Of a stretch of 64,000 nucleotides of DNA, positions 54,582 to 64,000 are shown piece by piece. Source of the DNA: Chrysomallon squamiferum (Eukaryota > Animalia > Mollusca); the NCBI GenBank assembly GCA_012295275.1, contig CM022666.1, positions 15,624,001 through 15,688,000 on the forward strand, given 5' to 3'. The translations under genes were made by a program, and so were the position numbers. The notes under the pieces are model-generated. The model was not told where the DNA came from, did no database searches, and saw nothing but the letters and a program-made list of their open reading frames with translations. Every line of letters starts with the position of its first letter. The first letter of the stretch is position 1.

Positions 54582-55742
54582 AACAATAAAATAAAAAAAC
54601 AGGGAAAAAACCCAACAAAAATAAAAACAACAAAAGCAACAAAACAACAACCCCATTAAAAAGCAAAGAAAAAAATCCACATAATAAATAACAAGTACAT
54701 TATACACAACGAAATATTCTTTATTGAAAAAAATAAGTTATTAATTAGCAGATCAAGAGGCAGACACACAATTAATCAAACACTTATTTAGAAATGTACA
54801 AAATATACTTAAGTTGTTTATCCTGACCGTCATAGGAATCAGATAAACTCGTTAATTTCAGAAATAAGTTACCAAAAAAATAAAATAATAAAATAAAATA
54901 AAAAAACCCCGTCATGTGATCTATTACATTTGAGATTATTTAAGCGCCTCATTACTGCTGATACAATCACCACCACCACCTCGACACAATGTGAGAATTA
55001 TTCCAGTCACGTGACTGCAGATACAAATATTTATTTATTAATCGCGTTTTTCCCCAGGGACGCTGTTCTGGGCGTGTAAATTCATGGTCACGGTCCGCTC
55101 CCTGGCGCGTGACAGGTACAATGAGACTGAACAAACAAGACGATTAATTGCGTGATTGTCCACGTGATCTGCGAGCAGGCTTGTGTTAGTATTTCACGAT
55201 TAGCTCTCCACGAGAACTGTCAGGCTTAGCAAAATTTAAATATTCGTAATTCAAGTTTTTCTTAACGTTATGATCATGTTCGTAACTGCCGTATTTGTTT
55301 GAATCTTACGATTTTAATGTCTTTCTGCTACAATGTAGTAAAATATTTAAATAAAACAAAGTTTGATGATTTTTTTTTTTTTTTTTTCAGCACTGATAAT
55401 TGATGATAAATGATTAATACGTGTGATTATATATATATATTTTTGTTTTGTTTTGAAAACGTATATATTGTATCTGGGCTGTAGAGAGGAATGTAAAGTA
55501 AGTTTTGCCTGTCTGATTATTGGTAGAGTGTCCAGTGCTCTGAAAAATCAACGTACAGAAAAATTACTTTTATGTTGTCAAATGTGACAGTGTAGCTGAT
55601 CTTCTGATTATATTTGTTTCAGTTCTGGATTTTATCTTCAACCTCGTTTCATTATTTACTACTAAACAAAGACATACCCAAGCACGAACATTCGTATTCA
55701 TTTAAATATACATGTATACATATATACATTCATACATACACA

Positions 55743-55790
<48 letters not shown>

Positions 55791-55829
55791 CATACATACA
55801 ATACATATATATATATATATATTGATATG

Positions 55830-55887
<58 letters not shown>

Positions 55888-56619
55888 ATATATGTATGTA
55901 TGTATGTATGTTTGTATGTATGCATGTATGTATGTATGTATGTATATATGTATGTATGATATATGTATGTATGTATGTATGTATGTTTGTATGTATGCAT
56001 GTATGTATGTATGTATGTATGTATACATATATATATATACACGCATATAGACGATACACAGGTTTCTACATCCATACTTACAGACGTGCACAGAAACGTA
56101 CGTATATACGCACGTTATACATGTATATATAGTAACAGTATCTTTCATTATTTTTCGAATTACAAGGTATTAATTTCTAAACACCTGTATTAATCTATGA
56201 TTAATGAGTATTATTATAGGTGTTTTTTTAAATTATAATTACCTGCTTTCACTTATTACTTTTTTTTTTAATTAACCGTCACAGAGATTTTTGTACAAAA
56301 ATACATCTCGAAGAACGTGATTCTGTAGAAATAATTTGAAACTAATTATCTGTTGGTTTGAACTGACATATCTCTGAAAATGTCATTTTACTTGCTGTGA
56401 TAAAAAAAAACTAACTAATTTTAGCGTAGTCTTTTTCTCTTTTGAAAAAAACGCCCAGAAACAGTAACCATGAAAGATAAGACATTAATTTCATTTGATT
56501 AAAACAGTCGGGGGATCTAATTCCATGAAGAAAAATGAAAGAAACCATAGAATGAAAAGCGAAAGGGACAAAGACAGATGAAGAGAGTGGAAAGAACTCT
56601 ATATCTATATCTATATCTA

Positions 56620-56741
<122 letters not shown>

Positions 56742-57700
56742 GGTCATATTATGCGAAATGGTGCACTGGTCAGGCGGTAAAGAACTTAGAACTGAGTTTA
56801 AGACATTTCCTCAATTAAAAATAAATAAAACACCAACGACTTGACGTAGAGAATTTTGTTGGAATAAAGGTCAACAGATAAATTCGACCAATGCTAACTA
56901 AGCTAATTTGTGACGTCATATTAAAACTAAAATGGAATCTGAGAATTGAGGTTGATGTTTTATTACTATTACTAATACTATTAACATTATTATTATTATT
57001 ATTATTATTATTGTTGTTGTTGTTGTTGTTGTTTTTGTTATTATTACTGTTGTTAATATATGTTTATCATAATTAATTAATTAATTTATTTATTCATTCA
57101 TCATCATCATCAACATTATTTCTTCAGTGTTTTTCTTCTTTCTATCTTTCTTTCCTTGTCTACTCTTCCTTCTTTCCTTTATTACTTGCTAGCAGGCATG
57201 GTTCAGCCACTAGTGTATTGTAAAATTATTTCAAACCTAACATTTACTTTAACATTCTTCTGTAATTTTTCTCTTTCTCTGTGTTAACACCAAACACACA
57301 CGTCGAAGTCTCCCCCCACCCCTCCTCTCTAATTCGGTAATAGTCGTAATCAGTCCTCGTCGGCAGTTTAATGAGATGACATCATGACCTTGTAATAATG
57401 ACGAGGCAAAGACGCGAGACGCATCAAACAGTCTATACAGACTGGACTAAAGCGGCGTTCCGAAGAATCGATACGACCTTGAAGTGGTCTGCAGATGTTT
57501 GGCAGTGAAATGTGTCGACGTGCGCTAGGCTGCGGGATCAATGCTTCCATGTGCGCCAGTGATGTTGTTTGCCTGGATGTTAATAACATGTGGGAAATAA
57601 AATAAAAAACATTTTCGCTGACAAATCGTATAAAGCATACGTAGAAGAAAAATAACTGACATGAGAAATGATGATGATGATGCTGACGATGATGATGATG

Positions 57701-57745
<45 letters not shown>

Positions 57746-57790
57746 GTTCTAATAGTAGTAGTCACAGCATCAGTAACAGTACTAGGAGTT

Positions 57791-57821
<31 letters not shown>

Positions 57822-58486
57822 GAGAATAATAAAAAATGATTAAAACTAAAAAAAAAAAAAAAAAAAAAATATGTAGAGAACTAACAAATATCAGTCGTCA
57901 GCTGTATTACGAAATATCTGTCACATCTTGTAATGACGTCATTAGAAGACCACGCGGTGAAAAAAACTGAAGTGCGGCGAGTTTATAGCGAGAAGAGAGA
58001 ATCGAACAGTTTGTAATTTCACGTCTAGAAAGCTCACAATTACCATTATTCCCTCGACGAGGCGTGCGCTTGACAGCAAAGAGTGATGGATCTATCTGGC
58101 AATGACGAGCGGAAATCATACATATTCTTCATGACTGCGTTTTGTCCTGGCAAACCATTCTCTCCGAGTGTTCGCGACGTTAAGTTTCTGATCATTCCCC
58201 CCATCTACTTCGCTCTCGGCTGGAAAGAAAAAAAAAAAAAAAAAAAAAAACGGCGGGGTTGCCGTGTCACGGGACGGATATTGGTTCAATTGTCATCAAT
58301 TTCTGCTCGGTGTTATCACAAACGTCTACTGAAGTCAGACTCGCGAGCTCTTTCTCGTGTTTTGTATTCACTGTAGATTTCCATTTGACGTCAGCGAATC
58401 TTTCATGTTGTTCACGTTGAGTGGAAGGAAGAAAGACAAGAGTTTCGTCTCAAGAAACGACCTGGTTGTAAAAGTACTTTCTATGT

Positions 58487-58530
<44 letters not shown>

Positions 58531-60328
58531 GTGTGTGTGTGTGTATAAATATATATGTATGTATATCCATGTATGTATGTAGCCATGTAAAATATGTAAT
58601 GAATGAATTTGTCTGTATGTATGTGTATATATATGTGTGTGTGTGTATATGTGTGTATGTCGTATATGATTATGTACGTATATGATTATGTACGTATATA
58701 ATTATGTACGTATTTATATATGTATGTATGTCGTATTAAATACGTTGATTTTTATATATTAAAACCTTTCCAGTGAAATTCTGGTAATTACAGAGGTGAC
58801 CTACAAGTAAACTAGTAATAAAGAAATATACTGTTGTATGTAACCTTCAAGCTAATATCGTAAATCAATGGAACCCCTGATGATGAAATGCTTTGAGAGA
58901 TGAAATCAATGCGAATGATAAAAGCGTTCATTAAAAGCATTACAGAAAACGATACCTTATTCATTATTCATAAACGGTGTAATTATGATTATGATCCCTC
59001 GACGTAAATTAATCCGGGACTTCGTGATTTGGAAGTATTTGCAAATTTAACTGGAGTTTTCAGTCTCAGTGCACTAAATATAGTGTCTCCGTTCTTTGAT
59101 TTTAAATAATTTGCAAACAACTTGTGATGATTTTTTCAAAACTGCTTTTAAAAAAAGTTGTTAATTTAATGTTTTACCCAACCCATACAGGACTTTGTGA
59201 TTTTAATCGAGTTTCTTTCTGATGAGAATTTTGTCTGATTGTATTAGAGAAAATAGCTTTTCTGATTTCTAAGCAGTTTTTAAAGTTTATAATAGTAGGT
59301 TTCTTAATTTACAAATGATAGAAATTTGTTTGTGATCACCTAACAAGAAAAAAAAGGACCAGTTACAGTATGTTTATTTCAAGTAATGTACTGTTTAATG
59401 TTGATAGCTGTTATGTTTGTACAAATGAAATATTTGACATCTTATTTTGAATTTGCAAACAGTTTCGTCTCTACATAGATATACATACATACATACACAT
59501 ACATACATACATACATACATACATACATACATACATACAAACATACATACATACAAACATACACACATACATACATATACATACATTATCATTTTTAACA
59601 TATTTCTGGTATATAAGCAGATAATTAAAATATTGTATACGTGTATACAAACAGACATATATACATACATAAAGTATTATTTTTAATATATTTTTGGTAT
59701 ATATGTAACTAATTAAAATATTGTCTAATTTGATACACACACATACACATGTACATGAGTTCATTATTTTTAATATACTTTTGGTATACATGTGACTGAT
59801 TTAAACAATTGTATTAATAGGATTTTTGCTTTTATTTTTTATATTTTATATTTTATATTTTATACCCAGAGTGAAATCTGAGTTAATCAAACTTGTTTTT
59901 ATTTTATAAATAGTTCATTTTTCAGTAAATTGTTCCATTTAAAGATTTTCTTGTCGAGATATTTACTATCACTCTCTGTTTCTGTTTTTATTTTATTTTA
60001 TTTATTTTTTATTAAGTTTGATCATGGATTTTTTCAGTCGTCTACAACCTTTTCTAAGAATATTAATCATAACTCATTAAGAAGCTGATCCAACAACAGC
60101 ACTGTTGCTAGGTTACGTCAAAGACAGTATTAATTAATTCCATGTTCTGAAACACTAACTGTAAACACAAATCACAGTAAACTATGTCAAATAAGGGTGA
60201 GTAAATAAGAAAGTAAGTAGATAAGTAAATAATAAATAAATAGAAACAGAAGCAAAAAGAGAAAATTAGAAAAATCGTTTAAGAAATCTGTAAATTTATA
60301 CATTATATAAACAAAAGAAAACAAAGAA

Positions 60329-60409
<81 letters not shown>

Positions 60410-61516
60410 TAATAATAATATACTATGAAGAAGAAGAAGAAAAGTAGTCAAAATTATAACATAAACGTTTAAAAAAATGTAAAAACATTTTTTTTCCTTA
60501 TAAAATATAGTTTAAAATATAAAAAAAACTAAAAATTATAATTTAAATAAAAACTATATAACACAATGTTCTTAATATATAATACAAAATATATATATTA
60601 TAATATAAAATACAACAAAAATTTACAACGTAAAGTCCAAAATATTTAAGTTGAAAATCTACCAAATTCACTCAATTTAAATACAAAATATATAAAAAAC
60701 AAAAACATATTATAAATTTAATAAAGCGGACGTAATTCAAATACTAAATATGAAATTTATGTTTGTGAAATAACAAAGCGAGGTAAACTTCTATAAAATA
60801 TAAACACACAGTAATAATTATAATGGACGGTAGCAGCAGATATTGAAAAAATCCATATCACATATAAAACATCTCCATATGAGAATTGTCCGTGTATTGA
60901 TCCTCACCGCTAACCCAGTGGGTTACGTGTAGTCGTAAATCTGCGAACGACGATCGTAACTTAAATTGTGAGAAACTGGGCTGCCTGAAGACAGACGTGA
61001 ACAGCTGACTCAGAGAACCAAGTTGGATATCGCTTGGGATTCCACTGAAAATTACATTTCTAAGTTTCACATTAAAAAAAAAAAAAAAAAAAGACGACGA
61101 AGTAGAGTTTAATCAATTTGTTGTTGTAATGTGTGGTGAGGAAAATGTTTTTATCATTCCAACGACTGTGTGTGTGGGGAAGCAAACAGAAACAATCACA
61201 TACACTGATTAACTTTTTAATGTCTCTGTCTGTCTGTCTGTCTGTCTGTTTCTCAGGTCATCTGTTTATATCCCCAGGCTTGTTTCCCCAGGCATACATA
61301 TTTATAGAGACCACTTTTCTTCCTGTCTCCTGTCTGATCCTATTTGTATGTTTTTTTTTTTTTAAATTTCCTTTCTTATCTAACTCAAACTCTCTGTTTC
61401 TCTTTGTCTTTCTGCTCGCTGTTTATTTTTTAATTTTAATTTTAATTTTTTAAGTGTTTTTATTAATCTTTTTCGCTGTTTCTCGATATATTTTGTCAAT
61501 TTTTACTCATTGTGTC

Positions 61517-61578
<62 letters not shown>

Positions 61579-62752
61579 CTCACTCTTTCTCTGTATCTCA
61601 AGACATCTCTGAACAGTGATCAATTCTGAAACTAAAGAGAGGTCAGTGCTCTCATTATACGGAAATGTTTGTTTAACTCGATTACTTACTCTGACAATTA
61701 GATGATCGCTTTGAAACAGAACTAGTCGTGGTTGCATTTGTCAGTTTTAGGTCGTCAGGGAATTGTTTTTCATTATACAAATAACTTTTCTGTTGAGGCT
61801 TTTTTCCTCCTGTTTTGTTTGTTCAGAAAATCACCGGCACAGCGTACTCTGGAATAAAACATTTAATAAACTGTTGATTGTATTTTCAATAACATTCACT
61901 TAAAAGAAGTCTGTAAATCTAAAACAGCATGAAATTTTTTGTTTCTGTTATCCTGTCTAAAACGTATGATTTTAATTTTCTATTTTTACTTTTTTTTTAA
62001 TTTATAGTTGTTTTTACTTTTTTAATATGTTAAATCACTACGTTTATTTTGAAAACAACAAAAAAAGAAGCAAAAAATAAACAACATAAACAACAAGAAT
62101 AACACGAACAAAAAACAAAAAAGAACAAAACAAACACATAAGTTGCTTATCATATTAAAACTTCGAGTATACACAGACATATATTAATATATATATATAT
62201 ATAGACAAACATTCACAAATACATTTTGTACAAATATACAAACGTACTGAACACATTTATATGCATATACTTAAATAGATAAATATGCAAATAGATACAT
62301 TCAGGTACATAAAACATTCAGTAACAAAACCATACATAATACTCAAAAGCATACACAAGGACACAAAAACACACACAAAAACACTTATACACGGAAACAG
62401 ATACACACAAACACTTACACATGTAATACATACACCCGTAACACACACATACACAAAACACACACACACGCCCGACACTGGCTTAAAGAGTACTGTACAC
62501 ACGTCCTTGAACCAGGGTCACTTGACAAGTAGTAAACAGATTATTTAAGTTGCTGACAAGACTCAAACTCACTCGGGTAAACTTCCTGCGATATTTCCCT
62601 AGCTGGAATATACAGTTACTGAGTTACGTGTCTCACAGAAACCTGTCTATTCATGGGACATTTTACACGCAAATTCAGACATACACACACTTAGTAAATA
62701 CACACACATTAAGGCACACACTCGCACACACACACACACACAGACACACACA

Positions 62753-62791
<39 letters not shown>

Positions 62792-63329
62792 ACACACAAA
62801 CACTAACAATACATCCATACATAAACACACAAACAAACGTTCACATTTGCATACACTCAAAGCATCCCAAAAACACACACACACACACATTAAAAACTCA
62901 TTATTCATATTTTTCGTTTACTTTCATACATCTGATGCAGGCCCATTTTTGTTGTCCGACTGCTAGGCGACAAGTCATTTGAAAACGATCTCTAATTCGA
63001 TGCCTTTTCCCCTTGTTATGACGTAAACTCGATTATTCGGGAAACACTTAGTTCTGCCTGCTGATAATGACGTAGCACATTAAAGGCGCCGGTGATAAAC
63101 AGGATGTGACGTTACAATATCTGGAATTAGCCTGGACAATAACGTACTAAAATTTCACGTCTGAGCGATTATTTTTAAAGAGAATATTTCAAAATAAATA
63201 ACAGTTAAGGTTGTATAAGAATCTTGCTCACGAAATAAGACAAGCGAAGTAAGAAAATATGGGGTAATTTTAAAGTTCAGATATCTCGGCTATCAGAAAG
63301 TGTCAGAAACAATTTCACTGTAACCAATC

Positions 63330-63965
63330 CTTTGATACCAGTCCTTCGTAATTACTCCTTCAAAACCAATCCTTCGTAATCAGTTCTTTATAACCCTGTC
63401 TTAAGAGCAATCTTTTATCAAGCCCTTGTTATCAATTCCTTGTCATCTGTCCCCAGCCACCAGCCTCTTCAGATTAATATTCTTGTGTACGTGATCAATT
63501 CCTTGTTATCGAATCTTACAATTAATCCCTGTTATTCATATTCTTGCTATAAATCCCTCTTCTTTAAATTTTCTATTAATTCCTTTTCTTCAAACTCTTG
63601 CTATAGATTAATTTTATACAAACTTTTGTTATAAATCCCTTTTATTCAAACTTTTGCTATAAATCTGTTTTATTCAAACTCTTGTTATAATCCTTTTTCT
63701 TCAAACTCTTGGTATAAAACCCTTTTCTTCAAACTCTTGCTATTAATCCTTTTTCTTCAAACTCTGGGTATAAAACCCTTTTCTTCAAACTTTTGTTATA
63801 ATCCTTTTTCTTGCTATTAATCTTTTTTCTTCAAACTCTTGCTATTAATCCTTTTTCTTCAAATTCTTGCTATAAATCCCTTTTCTTGAATTTGTTTTGC
63901 TATAAATCCCTTTGCAGTCCTTTCATTCTCTTCAGACCCTTGCTATCAATTTCTTTCTTCAACTT
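63330..63965. repeat. Degenerate ~28-30-bp pyrimidine-rich minisatellite
   Basis: ccttttcttcaaactcttgctataaat variants. Confidence 0.85.
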
Positions 63966-64000
63966 CTTTTAACAAATGCTTCGTGGTCAGAGCTTTTGCA

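Overview
AT-rich, microsatellite-dense animal genomic DNA. An invertebrate, probably a mollusc, is inferred from composition, gene structure and repeat style only. Manual splicing supports six protein-coding genes: (1) a multi-exon amino-acid permease-like transporter on the minus strand that runs off the left edge; (2) esterase D / S-formylglutathione hydrolase (ESD), head-to-head with it; (3,5) two paralogous TRIM E3 ligases with an unusual RING-Bbox1-Bbox2-coiled coil-filamin-like-B30.2/SPRY-like architecture; (4) between them a ZNFX1 helicase/E3 gene with NF-X1 fingers and an RZ finger; (6) INO80C. The last ~17 kb has no recognisable CDS and looks like a promoter, a non-coding first exon and a long regulatory intron. 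The most striking unexplained structure is an inverted duplication with ~1.1-1.3 kb arms between the divergent TRIM and ZNFX1 genes. Each arm carries an outward-facing splice donor plus a conserved cluster of IRF/ISRE and STAT (GAS) consensus motifs, which suggests a mirror-image, interferon-like inducible promoter for a TRIM-ZNFX1-TRIM antiviral/ubiquitin cassette. Single-base homopolymer frameshifts break ZNFX1 and ESD, and possibly the transporter start. They may be assembly errors.
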